DNA of 30,977 nt from a virus (lineage: Duplodnaviria; Caudoviricetes): IMG/VR virus record IMGVR_UViG_3300006033_000083, positions 1 to 30,977 of that record; one strand, given 5' to 3'. Both the position numbers and the translations under genes were made by a program. The notes beneath the pieces are model-generated. The model was given only the letters and a program-made list of their open reading frames with translations, ran no database searches and was not told where the DNA came from. Below are positions 8,603 through 17,800 of this stretch, one piece after another; position 1 is the first letter of the stretch; every line of letters begins with the position of its first letter.

Positions 8603-9229
8603 GTGTCTAAGGTTTCCATTTTGAACCTTGCGTATGCTGGCATAGGCCACAAGGCATTCATCCAGTCTATCGACGAGGCAAGCGTAGAGGCTCGCTACGG
8701 CAAGCTTTACTATGACGTTGCCCGCCGCGCGACATTGCGCGCACACCCGTGGAACTTCGCGACCGTTCGCGTGAACCTTGCGCTGCTTGGCGATGGCCCA
8801 GCGCCGTGGACGTATATGTATGTACTGCCGACCGGCTGCGTGAAAGCGCGCTACATCGTGTCGTCGCTGCCTGGCGTCAAGATTCCATTCGAGGTTGGCC
8901 TGTCTGCTGACGGCACCACGCGCGTGCTCTACACAAACCAAGAAGATGCGGTACTTGTTTTCACGTTCGACGTTGAGAACGATCTGCTCTTTGATGCCAC
9001 TTTCATTGACGCATTCGCATTCGGCCTTGCGTACCGCCTGGCTCCGACCATCGCGCCGTCGAAGTCGCAGGAAGCCGCAACCAAATTCATGAATGCAATG
9101 CGCATGGCACAAGCTGCTGACGCAAGCGAGGGCGAGGCTGAAGAGCCTGCTGCACCGGACTGGCTTGAGGCACGGCTCGGCGGCACGCCTGAATACTATC
9201 TGCGCTATCTCGGCGGCGAAGGTTCGTAA
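8603..9229 (+). CDS. Tail tubular protein A / adaptor (T7 gp11-like)
   Basis: ILNLAYAGIG..., LRAHPWNFA, FDATFIDAFAFGLAYRLA; position before nozzle. Confidence 0.85.
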   Translation: MSKVSILNLAYAGIGHKAFIQSIDEASVEARYGKLYYDVARRATLRAHPWNFATVRVNLALLGDGPAPWTYMYVLPTGCVKARYIVSSLPGVKIPFEVGLSADGTTRVLYTNQEDAVLVFTFDVENDLLFDATFIDAFAFGLAYRLAPTIAPSKSQEAATKFMNAMRMAQAADASEGEAEEPAAPDWLEARLGGTPEYYLRYLGGEGS

Positions 9230-11511
9230 TGGCGCAATGGGTTCCTCAGCCATCATTTGCCAAGGGTGAGGTTGCCCCGTCATTGTACGGGCGTATAGAC
9301 CTTGCCGCGCTTGGCTCTGGTGTAAGGGTTGGCGAGAATGTTCTTGTCACACGGGCGGGCGGTCTGGTGAACACACCTGGCACCATGTTTGTGGGCGAGG
9401 TGAAGAACAGCGCCGCACGCACACGCCTGATTCCATTTCAATTTAACACCACGCAAACCTACGCGCTTGAGTTCGGCAACCTTTACATGCGCGTCATCAA
9501 AGACGGCGCATACGTGCTTGAAGATGCGCAGAACATTGGCGGCATCACTCAGGCTGCTACCGGTGTGCTCACCTATGTTGGCGCTGACCCGTCGAACGGT
9601 GACTGGTTCGTGCTTAGCGGCATCGTCGGCATGACCGAGCTGAACGGCAAGACGGTCGTTGTGGCGAATGTGAACGCAGGCGCAAATACTTTCGAGCTGA
9701 ATGACGTTGACGGTAACGCCATCGACACCAGCGGATTCACCGCGTACACCAGCGGCGGCAGCATGGCGCGCGTCTATACGCTTGTGACGCCATACGTGAC
9801 CGCTGACCTCCCGCTTCTGAAATACAAGCAGTCGGCTGACGTGATGACGCTGACGCATCGCAGCTATCAGCAGCGCGAACTGACCCGCACCGACCATGAC
9901 TCGTGGACGCTGACGACGCCAACCTATGCGCCTTCTATCAGCGCTCCCACGATTTCGAGCAGCTCATTCAGCGGCGCCGGTACTGCGCAGAACTACAAAT
10001 ATAAGGCGACATCGACGGACGAGGACACGGCTGAAGAGTCATTGCCAACCACTGAATACACCGCAGCTGGTGTGGTAGATGCCGACTGGAACGCCGGCGA
10101 GTATCTTGAACTTGTTGGTACAGCCCCCGCCACGGCTGGCAAGGTGAACATCTATAAAAGCGCTAACGGCGTTTACGGCTTCATTGGTCAGGCTGTGCCG
10201 GATGGCAGCAACAACTGGTCGTTCCGCGACACGAAGATCGAGCCTGACACCCTTGATGCGCCGCCTGAAGCGCGCAACCCGTTTGATGCGGCAGGCAAAT
10301 ACCCGCAGTGTTCGTCTTACTTTGAGCAGCGCTCAGTAGAAGGCGGCTCGATAAACAGGCCGCAGGGTTTGGATATGAGTCAGTCTGGCCAGTACAAGAA
10401 CTACAACATCTCTACCCCATCGAAGCCTGATGACGCAATCAGCCGGAACATTGCTGCGCGCCAGGTCAACGAGATTCGCCACTTTGTCCCCATCCGCGAG
10501 CTGCTTGTTCTGACCAGCGGCGGCGTGTGGAAAATCTCGGCTGGCGGCAATTCGGATGTTGTCACGCCTTCGTCGATGATGGTGCGGCTGCAAAGCGAGA
10601 TTGGCGTCAGCCATGTACCGCCCATCGTGATTGGTGACATCGTGCTGTACGTGCAGGAAAAGGGCAACATCGTTCGCGACCTTGGCTACTCGTTCTCTGC
10701 TGATAACTATGTGGGTTCTGACCTCTCGGTTATCTCGTCGCACCTGTTTGAAGGGCGTGAGATTCAAGAGTGGGCCTATGCGGCAGTGCCGTACTCAGTC
10801 GTGTGGGCTGTGCTTGATAACGGCCAGATGGCAACGATGACGTATATGCGCGAGCAAGAGCTTATCGCATGGACGCATCAGGTGACTGACGGTGAGTACG
10901 AGTCGGTCTGCTCGATCAGTGAGGGCAACGAAGATGCCGTGTATGTGATTGTGAAGCGCACTATCGACGGCGTGACCCGCCGCTATGTTGAGCGCTTTGC
11001 CTCGCGCCTTGTAAGCGCGCCTGAGGATGCATTCTTTGTTCATTGCGGCCTAACGTATGATGGCTCGCCGGTTTCGACGGTTTCAGGTCTTGACCACTTG
11101 GAAGGGGAAACTGTCGCCATTCTGGCCGATGGCGCAGTTCTTCCTCAAGACACGGTGACGAACGGCAGCATCACGTTGCCGGTCGCTGCCAGCGTGATTC
11201 ACATCGGTTTGCCTTACGTTTCTGAGATCGAGTCGCTGCCTATTGGCGATACACAAGGTGGCATTGGCCGGCGCAAGAAGACGGTGCGACTGCGCGCGCG
11301 TGTTGAGCGTAGCCGCGGCATGTGGGCTGGGCCGAACCGCAATGATATGACCGAGCTGAAGCGCGACCCGCTGTGGACGAACGGCCTGCGCACCGAAGAA
11401 CTCGAACTTCTTATTGTGCCTGAGAATGTTGAACAGGCGACGCTTATCGTGCAGCAGCGCGACCCGTTGCCGCTTTCCGTTCTCGCACTTATTCCTGAGG
11501 TTGACGCATGA
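9229..11511 (+). CDS. Tail tubular protein B / nozzle (T7 gp12-like) with an inserted small beta domain
   Basis: QPSFAKGEVAPSLYGRID start, RLIPFQFNTTQTYALEFG, IHIGLPY, QRDPLPLSVLAL end; 760 aa. Confidence 0.9.
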   Translation: MAQWVPQPSFAKGEVAPSLYGRIDLAALGSGVRVGENVLVTRAGGLVNTPGTMFVGEVKNSAARTRLIPFQFNTTQTYALEFGNLYMRVIKDGAYVLEDAQNIGGITQAATGVLTYVGADPSNGDWFVLSGIVGMTELNGKTVVVANVNAGANTFELNDVDGNAIDTSGFTAYTSGGSMARVYTLVTPYVTADLPLLKYKQSADVMTLTHRSYQQRELTRTDHDSWTLTTPTYAPSISAPTISSSSFSGAGTAQNYKYKATSTDEDTAEESLPTTEYTAAGVVDADWNAGEYLELVGTAPATAGKVNIYKSANGVYGFIGQAVPDGSNNWSFRDTKIEPDTLDAPPEARNPFDAAGKYPQCSSYFEQRSVEGGSINRPQGLDMSQSGQYKNYNISTPSKPDDAISRNIAARQVNEIRHFVPIRELLVLTSGGVWKISAGGNSDVVTPSSMMVRLQSEIGVSHVPPIVIGDIVLYVQEKGNIVRDLGYSFSADNYVGSDLSVISSHLFEGREIQEWAYAAVPYSVVWAVLDNGQMATMTYMREQELIAWTHQVTDGEYESVCSISEGNEDAVYVIVKRTIDGVTRRYVERFASRLVSAPEDAFFVHCGLTYDGSPVSTVSGLDHLEGETVAILADGAVLPQDTVTNGSITLPVAASVIHIGLPYVSEIESLPIGDTQGGIGRRKKTVRLRARVERSRGMWAGPNRNDMTELKRDPLWTNGLRTEELELLIVPENVEQATLIVQQRDPLPLSVLALIPEVDA

Positions 11512-11981
11512 GCTACCACCCACACTATGCAATCGTTCCGGCAACGGCTGAGTTCATTGAGCACGTAATTGCAAATCTGCGCGATGACGATGCGGCTGAG
11601 GTGAAGGCACAATCTGGCATGCATCCGGCCATGGCTATTGGAACGAGTGTTGGCGCAAGCGAGCGCGTGTACGCTGGCCTTGTGGATGGCACAGCTATGT
11701 GCCTGTTCGGCGTTGCAACGGTTGATGGCCTTGATGGCGTTGGCTCGCCGTGGATGGTTGGCACTGACCTGGTGGTGAAACACCAGCGCAAATTCCTGCG
11801 TGAGTGTCACGGCGTTGTGGCTGATATGCTTGATGACTTTCGAGTGCTTGAGAACCACGTAGACGCGCGCAACACCACATCAATTCGCTGGCTTAGCTGG
11901 CTGGGTTTTGATATATTCGCAACAGTACCTCACGGCCCGTATGGGCTACCGTTCCACCCTTTCCGCATGGTGCGAGAGTAA
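11508..11981 (+). CDS. GNAT-fold protein (T7 gp13-like)
   Basis: LRDDDAAEV, LENHVDARNTTSIRWLSWLGF GNAT C-terminal motif; canonical position after nozzle. Confidence 0.8.
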   Translation: MSYHPHYAIVPATAEFIEHVIANLRDDDAAEVKAQSGMHPAMAIGTSVGASERVYAGLVDGTAMCLFGVATVDGLDGVGSPWMVGTDLVVKHQRKFLRECHGVVADMLDDFRVLENHVDARNTTSIRWLSWLGFDIFATVPHGPYGLPFHPFRMVRE

Positions 11982-11982
11982 A

Positions 11983-12561
11983 ATGTGCGTAGCAATGGCA
12001 ACCATTGGCATGATTGGCAGCATCGCTTCAACGGCGATGAGCGTCATGGGTTCTATTCAGCAGGGCAAGGCGGCGAAGGCACAAGCGAACTATCAGGCGC
12101 AGGTTGCGACGAACAATGCGAAGATTGCTGAGTGGCAGGCGCAGGATTCGGAAGCACGCGGCAAGATTGCTGAGAATGAGCAACGCGCGAAGGTGCGCCA
12201 GTTTGTTGGCGGCCAGCGTGCTGCGATTGGCGGTAGTGGGTTTGAATTTGGTGACGACACATCGCTTTCGCTACTTGGCGATGCTGCGGCAATGGGCGAG
12301 TACGATGCGCTGGTTATCCGCAACAACGCGGCTCGTGAAGCTTGGGGCTACCGCACGCAAGGCAGCAACTTTACTGCGCAGGCTGGTGCCTATGGCGCGG
12401 CTGGTAAGAACGCGATGACCTCTGCGTACATGACCGCTGGTGCTGACCTGCTTGGCGGGGCGAGCAAGTTCGCGACGCAGTACGGCAAAAGCAGCACAAC
12501 TCTACCGTGGCAGACTTCCGGCAACGTGAAGCCTTCGTGGATGGGTGGCGGATTCTACTAA
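11983..12561 (+). CDS. Internal virion (ejection) protein, T7 gp14-like, starts MCVAMATIG
   Basis: Met-Cys start, Gly/Ala hydrophobic N-terminus, GGQRAAIGGSG, IRNNAAREAWGY motifs. Confidence 0.85.
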   Translation: MCVAMATIGMIGSIASTAMSVMGSIQQGKAAKAQANYQAQVATNNAKIAEWQAQDSEARGKIAENEQRAKVRQFVGGQRAAIGGSGFEFGDDTSLSLLGDAAAMGEYDALVIRNNAAREAWGYRTQGSNFTAQAGAYGAAGKNAMTSAYMTAGADLLGGASKFATQYGKSSTTLPWQTSGNVKPSWMGGGFY

Positions 12562-12590
12562 AAAAAATCCCCCGCCGAAGCGAGGGAAAA
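12560..12590 (-). terminator. Intrinsic terminator on minus strand
   Basis: Minus strand TCCCTCGC-TTCG-GCGGGGGA followed by a T run; C(UUCG)G tetraloop. Confidence 0.8.
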
Positions 12591-12611
12591 CCAAGAATAA
12601 AAGACACAGGT
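12560..12611 (-). ncRNA. Candidate small RNA of about 52 nt, antisense to the late operon
   Basis: Minus-strand promoter TTGCTA (12646-12641)-17 nt-TATTCT (12623-12618) with extended TG; predicted +1 A at 12611; ends at the terminator. Confidence 0.5.
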
Positions 12612-12614
12612 GCA

Positions 12615-12629
12615 TTGAGAATAACACAA
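12615..12629. promoter_or_regulatory. Palindromic operator variant TTGAGAATAACACAA
   Basis: Matches the repeated 15-mer; overlaps the -10 of the minus-strand promoter. Confidence 0.6.
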
Positions 12630-12646
12630 TACCGGGTGAGTAGCAA

Positions 12647-14896
12647 GTGCCAAGAGTGCCGACATATGACCAGCCGCAAGCGAATGTTGCCGCGCTTCCC
12701 GGCGTTCGCCAGTCGATTGATGCGCCGGCAGCAGCTTTCGGCGTAGACACGCGCGCTGCGTCAGCAAGCCTTGCGCGTACATCGGCCATGCTTGATCGCT
12801 ATGCGGCGAAGAAGGCTGAAGAGGATGCCGAGGCTGCTGCATGGAACGCATACACACAATTCTCGAACGAGCAACGCGATTATCTGTACGGGCCTGAGAA
12901 GGGCTTATTCAACGCTAAGGGCGGCAATGCAATGGGCATCGCTGGCCGTGGCGCAAGCGAACTTGGCACCATGGCGCAAAAGATCAGCAGCACGTTGCCC
13001 GAGGCCGCGCGCATTAAGTTCGACTCGCTCTACCGCCGCCAGCTTGATGGCACGCTTGACAGCCTGTCGCGCCACGAGTCGGCTGAGCGTCGCTCGTTTT
13101 TTGAACAAACGGCCAAAGGCGTTGTGACTGGCGCAGCGAATGACGCGGCTGTGAACTACAACAACCCGAAATACATCGAAGCATCTGCCGACCTTGCGGT
13201 GATGGCGATGCGCCAGAACCTAGCCATGAGTGGCACCGCGCCCGAGCTTGTCGAAGCTCAGGTTGCTGCAACGCGCTCAGGCATTTGGCGTGCGGCTGTC
13301 ACGAGCGCAATTAAAGCCAACCCACTTGAGGCAAAGGCGCTGCTTGACGCAAACCGCGACAAGATGACCGCTGAAGATGCTGTTGCGTTGGAAACCGCGC
13401 TGAAGACGCCGCTGAAAGTAGCGCAGGCCAGTGCGGATACGGCCATTGCAACTCAGCGCGTTCGCTCGTCGTTGCCAGCTAATATCTCGCAGGGCATCGC
13501 GGCTGAGGCGCAGGCGCAGAATGTTGATGTCAGCGTGGCCATGACCATCGCAAACCTTGAGAATGCCAAGGGCGACCCGAACGCAAAGAACCCGAACTCT
13601 TCGGCGCGGGGCATTTATCAATTCATCGACGGCACGTGGAAAGCTATGGGCGGCACTGATGCTGACCGTGGCGACACTGGCAAGCAGATCGAGCTAGGCA
13701 TTCGCCACATCAAAGATAACCAGCAGAAGCTGACCGCGCAGCTTGGCCGCCCGCCTGCCGGTTGGGAGGTGTACCTTGCGCACCAGCAGGGCATCGGCGG
13801 GGCATCGGCGCTTCTGTCTGCCGCACCAGGTGAGCGTGCGGTTGATGCTTTGGCGCGTGCACTCAAGTCGCCCGAGAAAGCGGCGATGGCTGTTGTGAAT
13901 AACGGCGGCGACGTGAATATGAGCGCGCAACAATTCGCGAAGATGTGGGAGAAGAAATACAACGCGCGTGCGACGGGCGGCACCGAGATGACGCTTGCCG
14001 AAAGCCTGACGGTGGTGAAAGCGCTGGCGAACGGCGACCCCGAGCGTGAGGCTGCTGCTGTTGCTCAGGTAACAGCGCATTACGCGACGATGAAGAAGAT
14101 CAAAGAAGACGAGCAAGACGCCGCTGAGATGGAAGTCTATGACCACATCAACAAGACCGGCGGTATCGCCGGGGCACCTGCTGCCGCCCTGTCGAAGCTC
14201 GACCCGAAAACGCTTTACAGCATCCAGAAGTCGGTGAAGACGGAAACTGACTGGGAATATTACGACAGCTATATGGCGAAGACGCCTGCGGAAAAAGCTG
14301 TGGTGCCTGTGAGTGAGCTGCGTTCTAAGCTTTCCCCGACCTTAATGAAAGCAGCAATCGACGAGCGCGCTGAAGCTCGCAACGGCGGTGGCACAAAGCA
14401 GCCTTGGCTTGAGCAACGCGCGACGATCATGAAAACATTCGCGGCTGAGGCTGGCATTGTGTCTGGCAGCAGCACCGACTGGTCTGAAGGTCAGCGCAAG
14501 CAATACAACGCTCTTGCGCAATACATGCATGGCCGCATGCAGGAATACCGCGATGTAAACGGCAAAGAGATGCCTGAGAGCGACTTCCGGCGCGAGGCCG
14601 CAAAGGCGGTGTCGAAAGTCTATATTGATAACAGCAACCAAAGCCGTGGTCTTTTTGGCGGGCTGTTCACTGGCCTGCTGTCCTCGGGCGCGGTCTACGG
14701 GTTTGAAACCGGTGGCCGTGAGATCACTGAAGTCAAGCAGCTCCCTGAATCTGCGCGGCTTGATATTGAGGCCACACTGCGCAAACGCGGCAAGGCAGTG
14801 ACCGACGAGGCTGTGCTCGCTGTAGCGCGCCCGCTGCTGACTGGCCGCAAAGACCTTATCCTAAAAGCTATCGACGGAATCCCGAATGCAAACTGA
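12647..14896 (+). CDS. Internal virion (ejection) protein with lytic transglycosylase domain
   Basis: MPRVPTY start; SLT motifs IANLENA (catalytic Glu about aa 305), ARGIYQFIDGTW, YLAHQQG at about 13480-13970. Confidence 0.85.
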   Translation: MPRVPTYDQPQANVAALPGVRQSIDAPAAAFGVDTRAASASLARTSAMLDRYAAKKAEEDAEAAAWNAYTQFSNEQRDYLYGPEKGLFNAKGGNAMGIAGRGASELGTMAQKISSTLPEAARIKFDSLYRRQLDGTLDSLSRHESAERRSFFEQTAKGVVTGAANDAAVNYNNPKYIEASADLAVMAMRQNLAMSGTAPELVEAQVAATRSGIWRAAVTSAIKANPLEAKALLDANRDKMTAEDAVALETALKTPLKVAQASADTAIATQRVRSSLPANISQGIAAEAQAQNVDVSVAMTIANLENAKGDPNAKNPNSSARGIYQFIDGTWKAMGGTDADRGDTGKQIELGIRHIKDNQQKLTAQLGRPPAGWEVYLAHQQGIGGASALLSAAPGERAVDALARALKSPEKAAMAVVNNGGDVNMSAQQFAKMWEKKYNARATGGTEMTLAESLTVVKALANGDPEREAAAVAQVTAHYATMKKIKEDEQDAAEMEVYDHINKTGGIAGAPAAALSKLDPKTLYSIQKSVKTETDWEYYDSYMAKTPAEKAVVPVSELRSKLSPTLMKAAIDERAEARNGGGTKQPWLEQRATIMKTFAAEAGIVSGSSTDWSEGQRKQYNALAQYMHGRMQEYRDVNGKEMPESDFRREAAKAVSKVYIDNSNQSRGLFGGLFTGLLSSGAVYGFETGGREITEVKQLPESARLDIEATLRKRGKAVTDEAVLAVARPLLTGRKDLILKAIDGIPNAN

Positions 14897-17800
14897 CCTT
14901 GAGCGCTACCTGGCTGACGAAACTCCTACCGCGCCGGCGCAGCCAAAAACCAACCTTGAGCGCTACCTTGACGGTGATGACGCTGAGGCTTCGGTGCGTC
15001 AGTCGCTTACTGCGGTGGAGGCCACTGGCGTTACTCCGCAGCAGGCTGTTGAAGCGAAGCAACTCAGCAAGAAGCTGGGCATGCCTCCGGTTGTGGTTGA
15101 GGCAGACCTTGATGGCGCAAAGAAGCGCGCTGAACAGCAAGAGATTATCAGCGCTGCCCGCAAAGACCCTGACATTGAGTGGCTGATGCGCGACCCGAAT
15201 ATGGCGAAGGTGGCGCGTGGCGATGTCGGTTCGCTGACTAAGTTATCGGAGGTGGTCAAGTCCATCCCAAGCAGCATCCCGATTATTGGCCCTGTAGCCA
15301 CGGCCTATGGGTTCGGCATCGACGCAGCACCTTACATTGGCAACTCACTTGAGCGTGGTGTGCTGCGGGTTAAGCAGGGTGCCCAGCAGTTTATGGCTGA
15401 GTCAGCCCGGCGGGCGCAAGATGACCAGTCGCGAAGCTTTCTTGAGATACTACAGGACGCTCAAAATATTGGCGGCATTGCTGCAATGCCTATGCAGCTT
15501 GCATTGCCGAATGCTGCAACCCGCTACTTACAGTCGCGTTATGACAGCGCTGTTGGCGTTGACAACAATGCGATCGCTCAGCAGCGGATGCTTAGCGTCG
15601 GACAGACTGCTAACGAAATCAGCCAAATTGAGATGTCACCAGCGGCAACTCGGTTTCGGGAGGCGGTGCAGCAGGGTGAGTCTTCAGGTGGGTGGACTGG
15701 TGCGCTTTCTGCTGCCGCGAGCGACCCTCTAGGCGCGCTTGCTTTTATCGGTGAGGCTGGCCTTGAATCGTTCCCGCAGCTTGCGGCGATGGTCGGGATT
15801 ACCGCGGCTACAAAGAACCCGCTTGCCGGTGCAGCGGTGATGGGTGGCGCTTCTGGACTAACTGAGCGCTACGTTTCACCCGCTGAGTTTTTCCAGGACA
15901 AGGGTATAGACCTAAGAAATCCAGAGGCCGTAAGGGCAATTTTCAGCGACAAGGCGTTGCTTGACGAGGCACAGCAATACGGCTTCACGCGTGGCGCTAT
16001 CATTGGTTCTGTTGACGCCTTATCTGGCGGCATTGCTTCCCGCACGCTTATGTCGTCGCCGCTTGGGAATATGCTCGCTCAAATGCTTGTACAGACAACA
16101 AGTGCGGGCGCTGGTGAAGCTGGGGCGCAGCTAGCTACAAAGGGGAAGGTTAGCCCTGCCGAGGTTATCTTTGAGGCGCTTGGCGAGTTATTTACCGCCC
16201 CGGCTGAAGTCGCGACGCTTAACTCTCAGTACCGCAACCAAATACAGATAAGCCGCATCACCGCGAAGGTAGCGGTAAAGACAGCGAATGATGCGACCAA
16301 GGCTCGCGAAGAAGGTGCGGCTCTTGACGCTGTGGTTGAAACCGCAGTGCAAACACCGCTGCGTGAGCAAGACCCCGAAACATTCCGCGCGTTCATGAAG
16401 CAGGTCGCGGCGCGCACTGGCCGTGAGGATGTGAGTATTCCTGCGGATAAGCTTGTGGAGTATTGCCAAAGCGTCGGCCTTGACCCTTACAGCATCCCAG
16501 AAATTGCTGACGACCTTGCCGACGCGCATGCGAACGGTGAAGACGTTATCATTCCGCTTGATGCGTATGTGACCAATATCGCGCCCGACCATCATGCTGG
16601 CCTCGCGCCACACATCCGTGTCGATCTTGACAGCCTGACGCGGCAGGAAGCTGAAGAGTCCAGTGCGGCCTTTGAAGCGCTGGTGCAAGAAGAGAATGAG
16701 CGTATTGCCGCGGCGATGGCTGACGAGAACGTGGCTGCGGTCGAACAGGTCAAGCAGGATGCCAAGTCGCAGTATGTGGAGTCAGGCGCGTATGCACCCG
16801 AAGTGGCTGAGTTTGGCTCTATTAGCGAGAGTAAATTGTGGGGCACATGGGCGTCACGACTCGGTGGCGCGATTGGCACGGCGGCAGACCTCTACAATAA
16901 GCATCGCCCATTGCGGGTTGCGCCGGTCAATGAGGCAGCGCAGCTTCGTCAGCGCGTTGATGACCTTGAGCTTGATATTGCAGCGCTGAAGGCGCGCCGT
17001 GGCGCGAAGACATCTGACCCGTATTTGAAGCAGCGCGCAGCACAAGGCGCTGGCCTGCTTGAGTTCATTGCGCGCCGTGGTGGCATCGAAGAGTTTAGCG
17101 GTGAAATGAAATCGCGCGGTGCTGATAAGTGGCATCGCAAGTACCCAGGCATGCCAAAGCTGGTGCGGCCTGAGCGCGACCGTTCACAGTCGGCCATGGC
17201 GGGTATGGCTGGCGATAATGAATACACGGCGGATAGCGTTGCGCGCGCTGCGTGGGAGGCTGGCTACTTCCCTGAGTTCGCTGAGCGCCCGTCTATCAAC
17301 GATCTGTACGAGGCCATCGACCAAGAGCTTCGCGGCAACTTCCGCTTCTTGCAGCAGCCTGACAGCGCAACGGTTGAGCGCGAGCAATACCTTGACCAGC
17401 TTGACGAATATCTCGGTCGCTTAGGCGTTGGCACCGACGCGAAGATCGAGGACGTGAAGGCTGCTATCGACGCTGACCAGAAGCGCATGGCCGATGAAGG
17501 CGAGCTGTATCAGGAAGGGCAAATTGCGACCGAGAGTGAGGCGTTCAAGCGCTGGTTTGGTGATAGCAAGGTGATTGATGAGGATGGTCAGCCGCTGGTG
17601 GTTTATCATGGGACTACTGCTGACTTTGAAGCGTTTGACCGAGAACGCGCAAATCCTGAAAGCGACCTCGGAGCTGGGTTCTATTTCTCAAATACAACTG
17701 ACGATGTCGGCGTGAACTACGCTGGTTTTGGGCCTGACCTTACGAACAAAATAGAGCGAGAGGCCGAACGAATTGCGAGCGAAACAGACCGCGAGTACGA

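Noticed and set aside
8240-9283. 347-aa minus-strand ORF
   Set aside because: Overlaps well-supported plus-strand structural genes; composition is not protein-like
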